Shown here piece after piece: positions 1-12,624 of a stretch of DNA of 64,000 bases. Every line of letters starts with the position of its first letter. The first letter of the stretch is position 1. Made by a program: the position numbers and the translations under genes. Under the pieces are notes generated by a model. It was not told the DNA's origin and made no database searches. It was given only the letters and a program-made list of their open reading frames with translations. The stretch is from Camelus dromedarius (taxonomy: Eukaryota): NCBI RefSeq assembly GCF_036321535.1, contig NC_087447.1, positions 43,402,001 through 43,466,000 on the forward strand. Direction: 5' to 3'.

Positions 1-1189
1 CAGATAATGTCTTAGAATCAATGGACTTGAATCACTGAGTTGTATTTATGGAAAGGTGGCTTTTGACTAGAGGTAAAATTTCTGATGATGTAGCGTGAAT
101 TTTAAATCGACAGATTCAATAGGTAAGAAAGTGGAGATTTGGCTGTGTGCTTGTTAGTAGGTTTTCTATTTACAGTGCATCCTCAGCTGATAGTTGAAGA
201 TGCTTTGAAGTGAAATCTCAGTGCTCAGGAAACACCAGACACAGCTGAAATATTTGACTCAGTAGACTCTTCGGGGTTGATGTTAGTCAGTCTCTTCTCT
301 TCATTTCAGAGAAAGGTTCAGGCGACAATCAGAGATGCGAATTTAATAAATAAGTCTAACTCCAACCTTTTTCAGTTGTAAGGATGAAGCCTGGAGAAGG
401 GGGTGATATGCCCAAGTATTTTATATCAGTGAGTTATAACGACAGCATCAGAGTCTGCTAAGTTATAGAGAAATCGTGGACCATCTGTGGTCACTCTTTA
501 CCACTCAAGAACCTTTTGTTCCTTAACATGCTTACAATCAGTCCCCAAAGGTTTCATTTTATTTATATTACACTCTAAATTTTCTAATTTCAAAATCCAT
601 CCACTTTTAAATATTTGCAAATGAAACATATTATTCTTCTTTTCTCCATTAGAAATATGTTTTAAATGTTTGATCCTATGACTATACTTTACTAATTCTA
701 GGTGATTTTTTAATATCTTAAATATAATTATTATGGTTAATGCATTCAATTTTAATGATGATTTATTGAGAAATAAATCAATTTGCCTTCTAGTGTCTGC
801 TGACGTCCTACTGATCTGCACTCAAGACATTCAGCGTCTTCAACTTGCTGTATCCTTCTGTTCTCCTGGGTTCCACAGCATATTTCTGATGGTTTTCGAA
901 TCATCACACAAAGGCCAACAGGCCTCCACTGTAATGCTAAGTTGTCATCAGATAACTTTGCCCTGAGCCAGTCATCCATCCCCCTCCTTCTGCTTTCCTC
1001 CTGCTGATGGCAGTCTGCGATTCTGCTTCTTCATGCTCCCTCACCCATCAGAAGTGCTCTGCACTTCACTGAAAGGTCTACAGCACTTGTTTTCACCTCC
1101 GCTTCCCAACAGTGTGTGTGCTGGTTTCACTTTCCTTTTAGACACTCTATTCCTTGAAGGTTTTGTGGATTTTCCTCATTTTTTTCTTC

Positions 1190-1320
1190 CTTTATTCATC
1201 AAATATTGGTTTAGTGTCTACTATGGGCCAGGGGCTGATGTAGACATTATGAAAATAGCAAAGAACAAACAAAATCTTTGACTCCTGGGGTTTGTATTCT
1301 AGTGAGGAAGTTAGGTTTTA
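1190..1320 (-). mobile_element. L2 LINE 3' fragment
   Basis: ttcatcaaatatt...ctactatgggccagg...gtttgtattctagtg resembles the antisense L2 3' end. Confidence 0.6.
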
Positions 1321-1629
1321 CATAGACATTTTTATATAATGTCAATTGGTGGTAATGGAGAAAAATAGAGCAATTTATAAGAGCTAGGAATTAGAGAGTA
1401 TAGAGGTAAGGATAAAATGCTCTCTTGTGTGGTTGTGGGGTCCCATGTGTGCCGGAGGTCACTGAGCCTAGAAAATGGTAGGTGCTGAGTCAGTGTCATT
1501 CAACACTGAATAGTGATTAAATGAACTTCTTTGTGAGAAGGAGAGGAGGGAGAAAGGTGGGGGGGAATGTTTAAATCACAATTTCAGAACGATAAATATT
1601 GCACTTTTTTTTTAGGAAGTTAAACTTCT

Positions 1630-1739
1630 TTTGGGGGGAGGTAATAGATTTATTTATTTACTAATGGGGGTACTGGAGATTGAACCCATGACCTCGTGAA
1701 TGCTAAGCAGTCTCTCTACTGCTGAGCTATACCCTCCCT
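1630..1739 (-). mobile_element. Vic-1-type tRNA-derived SINE (camelid)
   Basis: Reverse complement reads GGAGGGTATAGCTCAG...GGTTCAATCTCCAGTACCCCC...ATTACCTCCCCCC, with A and B boxes. Confidence 0.85.
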
Positions 1740-2392
1740 CCAAAATGGACTTTTCTTAAGTCATCATAAAAAGGACGAGCCGTAGAGAATTTATCCTCAA
1801 AATTTCCCATGCAGGCCAATCACATATTTAACCAAATCACAAAAAGGGATTTTGAATAAGATTAATAGTTATAATAAATACCAGTCAACTATGCTGTAAC
1901 TTTGAATTATTAGACCATTACAAAAATTTTGGTGGCTTTCTTTTTCCATTTGTCAACTTTTTATACTTTATTTTTTGCAGCCTTAAATTTCATATTTATG
2001 TAAAATTGAGAAAATTAGATGATACTGGTAGCAATGTCATGGGAATGGAACCCAAGTTATGAAATACTTCAGTTTGTTTTAAGGCTACTTTCGTTTTCCA
2101 ACTACACAATGTACAAGTTGCAAAAGAACTTTCATATTATTTTGTACTTTTCAGACAAGATTTCTCAGCCAGACTTCTTCACTTCCTCCTTTTTATCTGA
2201 AAGATTCATTCGTTGGAATAACTGGCTATTCTTCAAAATTGCCAAACTGAATTTCTGTCAGGATGGGTTCCTTGTTACATCTTCTCCCAAGAATATCTGG
2301 AGTGAATGCAGACACACACTCTTAGCTATTGGACTATGACTTCATAATTTATATACTATGTGCATAAATACAAAATACACTCCACTACTGAA

Positions 2393-3337
2393 ATGAAAAG
2401 GCAAAATCAAAGCTCTGTGGTTGAGTTCATTCTCCTTGGCTTTTCTAACTTTCCAGAACTCCAACAGCAGCTCTTTGGGATTTTCTTGATTATTTATCTG
2501 GTGACCCTGATAGGAAATGACATCATTATAGTCGTCATCTCCCTGGAACAGAGCCTCCACGTTCCCATGTATCTGTTTCTCCTGAACTTGTCTGTGGTCG
2601 ATGTGAGTATCAGCGCAGTCATTATGCCTGAAATGCTGGTGGTCCTCGCCACTGAAAAAACATCAATTTCATTTGTGAGCTGTTTTGCACAGATGTATTT
2701 TGTTCTTTTTTTTGGTGGAACTGAATGTTTTCTCCTGGGGGCAATGGCTTATGACCGATTTGCTGCAGTCTGCTATCCTCTGAGCTACCCAATAATTATG
2801 AACAAAAGGATTTTCATGAATTTGGTTATATGCTCATGGGGCTTAGGTTTCACATTAGGTACTGTGCAAACATCATGGGTGTCTAGTTTTCCCTTTTGTG
2901 GCCCCAATGAAATTAATCATCTCTTCTGTGAGACTCCCCCAGTGCTAGAGCTTGCGTGTGCAGACACCTTTATGTTTGAAATCTACGCATTCACTGGCAC
3001 CGTTTTGATTATCATGGTTCCTTTCTTATTGATACTCTTGTCTTACACTCAAATCCTCTTTGCCATCCTGAAGATGAAATCAACCACTGGGAGGCAAAAA
3101 GCCTTTTCCACCTGTGCCTCCCATCTCACCTCTGTCACCCTCTTCTACGGCACGGCCAGTATGACTTACTTACAACCCAAATCTGGCTACTCCCCGGAAA
3201 CCAAGAAGCTGATGTCTTTGGCTTACTCACTTCTCACACCTCTGCTGAATCCACTCATCTATAGTTTGCGAAACAGTGAGATGAAAAGACCTTTGGTGAA
3301 ATTATGGCGAAGAAAAGTGGATTTACATACACTCTGA
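2393..3337 (+). CDS. Olfactory receptor, subfamily 10A (OR10A6/OR10A3-like), 314 aa, intact
   Basis: ORF with OR motifs [38 protein letters not shown] and an N-glycosylation site NQS. True start taken as the ATG of MKRQNQS at 2393; the ORF track starts at an upstream GTG. It resembles both human OR10A3 and OR10A6, so no single symbol is given. Confidence 0.95.
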   Translation: MKRQNQSSVVEFILLGFSNFPELQQQLFGIFLIIYLVTLIGNDIIIVVISLEQSLHVPMYLFLLNLSVVDVSISAVIMPEMLVVLATEKTSISFVSCFAQMYFVLFFGGTECFLLGAMAYDRFAAVCYPLSYPIIMNKRIFMNLVICSWGLGFTLGTVQTSWVSSFPFCGPNEINHLFCETPPVLELACADTFMFEIYAFTGTVLIIMVPFLLILLSYTQILFAILKMKSTTGRQKAFSTCASHLTSVTLFYGTASMTYLQPKSGYSPETKKLMSLAYSLLTPLLNPLIYSLRNSEMKRPLVKLWRRKVDLHTL

Positions 3338-3949
3338 CTGTGCTGAGAAGCCATGTGATATTTGGTCACTGCTCTGTTGAACTTTATTTAAATTGAATAA
3401 ATGGTGGAAACAGTTTGCATTTCTTGGTATGAGTATGCTTGATTTTTGAGTTCAACACATGTGACAATTATAAGGGACATCTTTATGTATTAATGTTTTT
3501 ATTCTTTTTCATAGATGCATAATTTTCCTTACTACTGGGTACAGCACAAATTCTTCAAAAAATTCTTTGTTGGTGTTCATACCTTGTGTGTAAATGTTTT
3601 GTCCCTTTAGAGAATGCCAAGTAAAGAACCTAGTCATGCACACTCATAAATACTGTTGCTCTAACTTCTGCAGAACAGCTTTCATAATGTGGTTTTGATG
3701 GATGAAATCAACTGTAAGTTTGACTTTCATCAACATTATCTTAATACCTTAAAAAACAATATTTACAATTTTAGATTGATTTTGAAAACCTACTCTGCCC
3801 CACTGACTGGTTTGAACTTCAAGAAGCCAACAAATAAAAAGACGAGCTTTTTAATTTTTGAGTGAAAATCTGTCCATGAATGAAGTGAAAAGAACACCTA
3901 TTTATTGAGAGGACCACGCTGGCTCTATTCAGGGACCTACAGAGATTAT

Positions 3950-4477
3950 AATCCACATGATATCTTGCCTAGATGATAAAGCTTCTTGGTTGGTGAACAC
4001 ATCCACAAACTGGGAGAGTGATGCTCCTGTGCTCAGGACCCTCCCAGACCTCACCCTGTGCACTTTTCATCTGGCTGTTCATCTGTGCTCTTTATCCTTT
4101 AATAAACTGGTAAGTATAAGTAAATGCTTCCCTGATTTTTGTGAGTTGCTGTAGCAAATTAACTGAACCCAAGGAGGGGGCCATGGGAACATCTGATTTG
4201 TAGCCAAGTTGGGCAGAAGTTTTGGGTAACCTGGGGAACTTCTACTTGTGATGGGCATCTGAAGTGGGGCGAAAGCAGTTTTGTAAGACTGAACCCTTAC
4301 TGTGGGACCCAATGCTATCTCCTGATAGAGTCAGAATTGAGTTAAATTGTAGGATGGTGACACGGAAAATTCCTCGGTGTGGAGGAAAAAAACCCTATAC
4401 ATTTGGTGACCAGAAATGTCCGAAGTGAAGTGTTGCAAACGTGGTAGTGAAGTGTGAGAGTAAAGAACAATAACAAG
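3950..4477 (+). mobile_element. MER21-like LTR, interrupted by younger LTR sequence; its 3' tip resumes at ~5378-5411
   Basis: ccagacctcaccctgtgc...aataaactggtaag...gaacccaaggagggggccatgggaac...catttggtgaccagaa matches recalled MER21. Confidence 0.75.
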
Positions 4478-5377
4478 TGAAAAAGAGCAGGACCCTGTGC
4501 CCCACCCCCTGCCTCTTGTTTATGGAAAAGCTGATGTATCCCAGGTCTCCCTGAGTCAGAGAAGAGCAGGCGCAAGCAGGCGAATAGGAAAAGCCTGCAG
4601 GCATTGGGGGAGGACTCTGACAACCCATCTCAATGATTAACTGAGATTACTTCCCTATTTCCCTTTAAACCTTTCATGGATGAACAGAATCTTTGGAAAT
4701 GGTGTTTTGAGGGAGAGGCTGGGTCCATGAGATTGCAGGTATACTGGTTAAAAGCAACTTTCCATCTGTTACCACGGATGTTAGCCTTAGCACCATACTC
4801 CTGCCCCTTCCTCAGCTAGAAACCAATTACTCTTACCTAAGTCTTAGGAGGCAGCTGCAGAGAAGAAACAAGAACTGGTTAGAACTAATGGAGTCCAGGA
4901 TGGTGGAGGATTTGACTTCTAGTGGACCTTGAGCCTCATAATACACCTGTTGTAATTATTAACATGCTAAGTGACCCACCCACCAGCACCAAGACAGTTG
5001 ATGATTGCCATGACAACCACTGGAAAAGCCCATTCAAGGACTGAAAAGCCTGTACAAGGACTGATTGGATCCATCACACCAGGAAGGAGAACACGAAGGC
5101 AGAAGCCTCCCGTAAAAGTCCACGTGGCCCGACCTGGGCCGGAGCTGTCCCTACCAGCCACCTTGGCTGACGGCTCCCTAGGGGCTGGAGTGCCTTTTCC
5201 TCCCTTGCGCACTTTTCTTCTCCCTGCTCAAGCACTTTCCTTTCTTTTTCTCTTTGGAGAAATAAAAGCAGTTTTCACTCTGTCCCTCTGCTTCAGCTGT
5301 GCATTCTTTCCAGCTGGCAGGCAAGGACCCACACTTTGGTGGGCCTCCAAATTTAGGGGTCTCACTCTAGGCTAACA
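4478..5377 (+). mobile_element. Composite ERV1-type LTR sequence (partial LTR 4478-~4778 plus solo LTR 4779-5377)
   Basis: Begins TG at 4478. The 4779-5377 unit has inverted termini TGTTAGCCT...AGGCTAACA and an AATAAA near 5260, and is similar to the LTR at 8594-9239. Confidence 0.7.
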
Positions 5378-6218
5378 CAAATAGAAAACTGAGGTTTTTC
5401 ACTAATACACAGCCTTATCAAAGTAATACAGCCTGTGATATGTGACACATGAAGACATGTCAAATGCTGCAGTCAGCTTCTTAAAATAAGGAGCCTTTTG
5501 GGTTTCTGAAGTCCCTTGACTTGCTCCCTGCCAACAGGTCACAGACCTGTCCTTTCCTTTGCATAATGACATAGAGTCTTGGGACGCCTTGTGACAGGGC
5601 AGATCCAGAGGATAAGGACATATACTTTACTGTGGAGGCTGAGGATCTGAGGAGGCATTGCTGCTCTGCTAATTTCTTTTTCTCTTTGTTGGCTGTAGCA
5701 ACACAGTTTTATCTGGTCCTACCATATATGTAAGTAGCCTGCTGAACCAAATCTGCATTTTAGTTAAGGTTGTGCCAAGCTGGCTTATTTTCAAGGGCTC
5801 TGCTAGGAAAATGCCATCACTGACTTAAAAGCATGGCCCTTCTGTTTCCCTGAGGTCTAAACAGGACCAGTTTTTCATTGTATAAAATGTAGAGATTACC
5901 AGGCAGTTTCACAAGGTAGTGCAGATCAGGGCTCCACACATAGCTTTTCACAAGTATGTGCGTAGTTCCAGAGGAAGGCAGAAAGCAACCACTCTAAGCT
6001 GCGATTTGGAGATCATGGGAGCTGGCATAAAAGGGTAGGTTCTGCAAATCTCCTTACGGCCTCCAGAGGGACTCCAAACGCCAGGGAGAAGGTCAGAGAA
6101 CCGCTCAATTGTTGTGCTCTCAGTCAACAAAACGCTTTACGGCAAGTGCTTAGTATCTGCCAAACAAATAAACTAAAGCCAGTAAGAACAGGACAAAATG
6201 GATTTCTAGGGATGGCTG

Positions 6219-6855
6219 TGTTATATGTCTAATCAACAATTGTTAGCCAAGCTGCTAGGGCAGGCAGAGAGCTAGATGTGAACACAGAAAGTGGGGTGCG
6301 GGTCAAAAGACAGGAAACCATACAGCTTGTGAACAGCAGAGGTCCTTGGGCAGACAGAGAAAAGCAGGAACCTCCAGACTGACAGGAAACCACACATTTT
6401 GGGGAGACAAGGGTCCTGGAGGCAGACAAAGAAACGTGGGAAAAGGCAGGAGTCTCTGGTGTCCAAATGTAACCTTTTGCTCATTATGTCCTCATTACAA
6501 TAAAATTAGCCTTGCAGGTAGAAGTACCCATCATGCACCCACACAGTGACAATTTCCATCAAGACAAAATAAGGACAAAAATCCCCCCTCCCTTTGGGGA
6601 GGTGGAGCTGGGATGAAAATCAGGAGATAAGATCCCCAAACCCCTCCCTCCTTGATGAATATTTTGTGCATTCATTTTCCCACCCTATATAACCAGCTTG
6701 CCAAAGAAACTCAGCGCAGGTACTCACCTGTGTCTGCCCACTCTCCCCTTGAGAGTGTACGGTCCCTTAGTGAATCCTCACCTTGCTTTCTTGACCTCTG
6801 TGTCTCTTCTCTGAATTCTTTCTGCTGTGAGACAAGAACCTATTCTCTGATAACA
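6219..6855 (+). mobile_element. ERV1-type solo LTR
   Basis: TGTTAT...ATAACA termini, TATA-like ctatataa near 6686, and a U5-like tail gaattctttctgctgtgagacaagaacc. No clean TSD was found, so the left boundary is approximate. Confidence 0.65.
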
Positions 6856-7110
6856 AAGCCTAATTTACTTCCCCTGAGCAGCGAGCGACCCAGAACAGCT
6901 GTGAGGAACTAGAGATGACAACAGCCTAGTTCCCTGAAGTCCTGAAAGGGCAGCAGTGCCACAGGAAGCCCTGTGATGCCAAGGTCCTGAGAAGCAGCAA
7001 GATGATTGTTTCTTAATTCTGTGTCATCACTGATTAGGACTGTGTAATTTCTTAGAGTCTGAAGTACACAGATATCTTGCGTATTTCTACAGTTATCATT
7101 AAATACAATT

Positions 7111-7529
7111 GTTACAGATTGAATTGTGTCCACCACCAATTCATAAGTTGAAGTCCTACCCTGGCCCCACCTTACATTAGAACCTTATTTGGAAATAGGG
7201 TCGTTACAGAGGCAATCAAGTTAAAGTGAGATCATCAAGGTGGGCTCTCATCCGATGTGACTAGTGTCCTTATAAAAAAGGGGAAATTTGGGTACTGACA
7301 TGTACAGAAAGGGAAGAAAATGTGAAGAGACATAGGGAGAAGACGGCCATCTGCAAGCCAAGGAGAGTCCTGGAACAGATCCTTCCCTCGCAGCCTTCAG
7401 AAGGAACTAACCCTGCTGACAGCTTGACTTTGGACTTCTAGCCTCCAGGACTGTGAGTTGATCAGTTTTTGTTGTTTAAGCCACACAGTGTGTGGTGCTT
7501 TGTTGTGGCAGTCCTAGCAAACTAATTCA
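7111..7529 (+). mobile_element. MaLR LTR (MLT1B-like)
   Basis: tgttacagattgaattgtgtcc...ttggacttctagcctccaggactgtgag...gcagtcctagcaaactaattca. Confidence 0.85.
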
Positions 7530-8593
7530 TGGGTATTCTGGAAGGATGTTTACTGTCTATTTTTTATTGAAATGTAATGCTTGATCATTAAAGAAATTTG
7601 GTAGAAGCCTCATGACCTGAAGTCAACCAACCAATATTTTGGTATTTATCTATATATTTAAAAAGTACAATCCGAACTGGAATCTGATGACAGGTTGTGC
7701 CTGCAGGAAAGAGCCTATGAGAAGAATTTCTTCTCTGCAATGATGGGATTATTTTCATAACGAAGGCTAATAGTTAGTAATTAAATCATTGGCCTTAACT
7801 TCATATAGATTCCATCATGAATATTAAACAATCTACTCACATTCTCGAAGGCTCTTTACTTCAGAATTTTAAGCAAATATGGTTAGCTGAAATGCCATTT
7901 CCCTTGCGGATTCTTACTATGAGTTGGGAGCTGGGTCAGCTCAAGCTCTGATGGTCCTGTTGGAGAGTCTACATCTCTATTTTTTTTTTTAACTAAATGT
8001 CACCATTCTTGAGTTCATAGTTTTAATGAATGACCAGAGTGATTATTTTTGAAAAGAATAAATGGGTGGAATATTTTTAAAAGTAATTGCACAACTGAGA
8101 ATGTGGTTTTGTTGCCTTCACACATGTATGACAACTTGTCTTAGTGACATTGCTTTTGATCACAATTAGTTTTTCTTAGCAGTCAGAGACTATTGTCATT
8201 TTGTTCTGATACTCAGTGTTAGAAAGGCTGAGGCCAACCTCACTAGCATTCATTTACTTCTGCCATAGATACTTATTGAATATGACCCGAATATTCAAAC
8301 AAAAAAATAGCCACAAATTTTGTTTGGGTTTTTTTCCTCCACTCAGCTCAAATGCTTGTAGACCACAATTTCTGCTGCTCACCACTGCGGTTGGTTTAAG
8401 AGCAGAATATGATACAGTCAGAGCCAGAAAATACAAGGGGTCAGCTTCTTCCTCCTAGAAATTCTAGAGAAGAAAGTCTTATTCTTCTTTGATGAACTCA
8501 GCTAAGAGAGAATGTAAAGCTTAATGCTGCTGGTGCCTTTTGTTTTTTTCCCAGCCACCAGGATAAAACGAGGAGCAAGCGTGTCACCGGTTA

Positions 8594-9239
8594 CGAGACA
8601 GGATGAAAGGGGGCAGGGCACAGCCATTCAAGGAATGCTACAGCAGTTGACATCAAAATGGTGAAAGATTCAACCCCCAGGAGGCCTTGAGGCTCAGGAT
8701 GGTGGGAGATCTGACTTCTAGCAGATCTTGAGCTTCATTATACGCCCATTGTAATATATTAACATGGTGAATAACACGCCCACAGGCCCATGGCAGTCCC
8801 AAGGCTAGCCACAAAAGGTCAAAGAGTGGGAAATGGCCAACTTCCTGGGAATCCCAGCCCCCTCCCCAGGCTACTTAGACTGATCCTTCCACTTATTAGC
8901 ATAATAGCCCATAGCATAATTAGCACCAATCCCATTAAAACTGGCAACATGGACCCTCGCAGCCGCCTCTCTGTCTCCCTCTTCAGAGGCGGCCCACTCT
9001 CTGTCTATGAAATGTGTACCTACTTTTAATCCGAGCACCCAACCCCCACACCTCGTGGCCTTTCTCTTGCCTTTCAATGTATCTCTCTGAATAAATCTAC
9101 CTGTACTCAACTGCAGCTCGCTCTTGAATTCTTCCCTGCACGAAGCCAAAGACCCACACTTGGCGGGGCACGTCCCAGAAGCTCAACCGGAGCCTGGGAC
9201 ACGGCCCTCCTCACGCCCCACGTCTGTTTTCCTGCATCA
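8594..9239 (+). mobile_element. ERV1-type solo LTR with a perfect 4-bp TSD
   Basis: (T>C)GAGACAGG...CCTGCATCA termini, GTTA on both flanks (8590-8593 and 9240-9243), AATAAA near 9090. Confidence 0.85.
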
Positions 9240-9243
9240 GTTA

Positions 9244-9930
9244 GAACTGATAATTATAAATAAATGGGGAGACTGAATAGACAACTGTCAGATCATGTAA
9301 ACTATAGAGCTCTGACCCACATGCTCTACTGCAATCAGCTCAGAACAGTCAGGACATATTCAACAACTGCCAGTTTCCCTAATTTTTGGTCAACAAGTGC
9401 CATTTCCTTATTTTTTTTTTTTTTTAATCACTGACCCCTCCAACTTAGGGCAACCAGAGAAAGCCATGTAAGGACCCTATGGGGCCTCCCTGGGACAGAC
9501 CCTTCCCTCATACCCTCTGCTTAAGCTCTTCTCTGAACTACCTAGAAAATTGTATCTGATGTGTATTTCCTGAGTTTTTCAGATGCTAAAACCACCACCA
9601 AATGGAAGAAATTAACTACTTGATGATCATGAGCACGTAGTCCCCAGAACTTCTGGCACCTAATGATTGACGATCATCAACCAGAGAATTGTGTACAGCT
9701 GACCATATGCCCTGGGACGCCCCTCCCTCAGCTGGCCTTTAAAAATGCTTTGCTGAAACCCTTCAGGGGGTTCGGGGTTTTCTGAGCATGAGCCCTGCAG
9801 TAAACCTTTCTCTGCTCCAAATGCCAGCATTTTGGTTTGTTTGGCTTCTCTGCATCCAGCACATAAACTTGCGTTCGGTAACACCCAGACCAATCACAAA
9901 AGTGCCCACTTCTAGTCAGCCACCTCCAGT
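9244..9930. mobile_element. Old LTR (MER77/MER21-group-like) hosting a younger LTR insertion
   Basis: cagtcaggac...ctgccagtttccctaatttt...caaccagagaaagcca, resuming as ccaatcac...cttctagtcagccacctccag after 9883. The subfamily name is tentative. Confidence 0.55.
9467..9883 (+). mobile_element. ERV1-type solo LTR
   Basis: TGTAAGG...GGTAACA termini, near-TSD gcca/ccca; interrupts the older LTR. Confidence 0.75.
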
Positions 9931-10615
9931 TTTTATCTTTGTACTAAAGTGTGGCTGGAAAAGACCCAGATGTGGGCTGAAGCCGAGGCGACTTCACAGC
10001 AAATGGACTGTCAGTTGGTGACTTCAAATAAAAGTAAATTAACTTAAAAATGATTCCATTAATGTGAGTAATTTGGGTGTAAGATACAGTTTCTCTTGGG
10101 AACTAAGAAGAAAGGCAATTCACTTTAAAAAGTTCATGTTTCTCCTTCCTTTGACTTCTCAGCCAGGCCATAAGAGGGGAAAAACCAGGCATTCACTGCT
10201 CATGAAAATGCTTTCAGTCTTTGTTATTGCTGTTTCTAAGTATTAAGTGCTTTTTAAATGGTACTATAGTCTTTGCTAATAAACTCTGGACTTACGATAT
10301 CTGGCAATTTACAGTATACCAAGTCATGTTCCAAAATAAAATTATAGCTAATCTGCTTTTGGTGTTAGGTCTTCTAGGTGGACTATTTCTCTGCTTTTCT
10401 CATTATCCAGAAACAGGGACAGATCACCCCAGACATCATGATAAAGATGTCCCAGGATGAGGCTGGGGTGGCCTAAAGCAGTACCTGCCAAGAGTAGGGC
10501 ACAGACACTTCCATCTTAATAACTGAAGCTTTTCTCTTGGTCTACTGTTTTGTTTATATTTTGTTCAGGTATAAAGCTATTCAATGACCAATTTTAACTG
10601 TGATTTTGTTTAGAG

Positions 10616-11123
10616 CAGTGGTTCTTAAAGTTGCTTTGGGGACCTTAAGGATACCCTGAGACCCTTTTAGGGGTCCTGTGAGGTCAAAATCATTTTCATA
10701 ATAATATTAAAATATTATTTGCCTTTATCTCTTTCTCCCAGAAATATAGAATTTTCCAGAAGCTACATGATACATTATATCATAACAGATTGAATGCCAA
10801 AGCAGATATGAGAATTCAGCTGTTTCCTATTAAGCCAAATAGTAAAGAGATTTGCAAAAATGTAAAGGTGCCACTCTTCTAAATATTTTTTGAAAATATA
10901 ATTATTTTCTATCAAAATATATCATTTCTGTTAACATGTAGTGGGTAATTATTGTCCTTTTAAAATGAGTTAATAAATAAATTTTTTTAAATGTCAGTTT
11001 TTAATTTCTAAAATAGTAAATATCAATTACTACAATCTGTATGTATACACAAAAGCTCTTTGAGGTTCTCTATAAATTCAGTGTGTAAAGGGGTCCTGAG
11101 ACTAAAAACGTTTGAGAAGGGTG
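10616..11123 (+). mobile_element. hAT-Charlie DNA transposon (Charlie1b-like), apparently complete
   Basis: CAGTGGTTCT...GAGAAGGGTG termini with a perfect 8-bp TSD GTTTAGAG (10608-10615 and 11124-11131). Internal sequence gaatgccaaagcagatatgagaattcagctg matches recalled Charlie1. Confidence 0.88.
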
Positions 11124-12384
11124 GTTTAGAGAATTCACTGTAGGCAGTTTCTCAATGATTTTAAGAGGAGGACGTGTGTCCTGCCTTACTTGGCGTTACC
11201 CACCCTACCCTCCTGCTAAAAGAAAACAAAAGGCAGCAGAAATACATGTGCTTACAGGTCCCTGGTCTCTCAGTGTCAGACATGCCTCTCTGTACAGTTG
11301 ATCTGTTTCCTTGGTAACTCATCTGTAGCTGACACCTGTGGCCTATTAACAACCTCCCTAGGCTGCTGGATTTCACAGGGCGATGACTGTCTGGGAATAA
11401 TTAGGGAACTTGGTAAGGAAGTTTCCTCATGCAGGAAATTGGTTCCTCTGGAACTTGTTAAACATTAACTCCACAGCCAAGATCCTGAAAACATTTACTG
11501 AAATTAGGAAGAGTGTTCAGGTCCTCTGGGGGGCACTTACCAAGGGTGAACAGTGTCAGGAATCAGGGACTATGAGTTCATTCTTACAGGTTTAGGTGTC
11601 AGTGCTAAGCGCCGATGAGGGAGCAATTAGGTTAAAATGACTCCTGACTTTCTAACAAAGTCACACTTTTGAGCCTTTCCCTGGGGTTAAACATTGGTCG
11701 AGAGCAGGGGTGTGGGATGTAATTAAAGTCTACTTTAAATCCAAATGTTCCCCTTCCCTGAGCCTCTGTTGCCACCACAGATGTTAGTAAGGCTGTCACT
11801 CGGAGAAATTGGCTCAACTTCAGACAGTCCCAGTCAGTCGTGGATTTCTGACAACTTGATCAGTATCAACTCCAAGTAAAAAGCGATAGCGTTTTCCCAA
11901 GCTAACACTTTGAGGCTTGAAGAGTTGTCTAATGTAAGCACTGGGATCTAAGGTAAAAACAAAACAAATCTATAAGCAAAACACTGCTATCTTTCCCTTG
12001 AAACAAGTGCTGAGAAATCAGAAGAAGTGAAAGGAACTAACAAAGGGTAGAACACAGAGGCTTTCCACCTTGATGACATGTCCTGTCAGCCACGGGAGGA
12101 TTCCCTGCTGGGCTGCTGCCTGTGGATCCCACCCAGTTCTGCACTACACTAAGCACAGCCCTTTTCAAAGAGTGGCAGGTCTGACATGAAGAATGGCAGT
12201 GCTGTCCTCTCTTCCTGAGTGTCAGTCAGATGCTTTACAAATGGCCTGAAATGAAAAGCAGTTTCAGTAGCACCTAAAAGATCACCAAATTACATTCAAG
12301 AGAGTATGAGAAAACAGGGAGAACATTTCAGTATGGCAAATTTGCAGCAATAGAAGGAAAATAAAGAAGTTTGAAAATATAGTA

Positions 12385-12590
12385 AGTAATACTTTGAGCG
12401 CCTGCTGTGAGCGGGGCGCTGGGCAAGTGCTTTGTGCTCTTTCAGTTGATGCTCTTAAAGGTCCCCTAGCTTGGGCTCCCCTGTGACCTTTGTTTCACCC
12501 GAGGACACCTAAGTGTGAAGAGCTTACCTATCATCCAAGGCTAAGCAGCAGAAGTGGAAATAAAGCATCTTTCCGTTTAACTCCAAGGTC
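12385..12590 (-). mobile_element. MIR SINE
   Basis: Degenerate MIR core. Confidence 0.55.
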
Positions 12591-12624
12591 AAAGTTTTTG
12601 ATGGCCAACATGCATCACGTCCCA

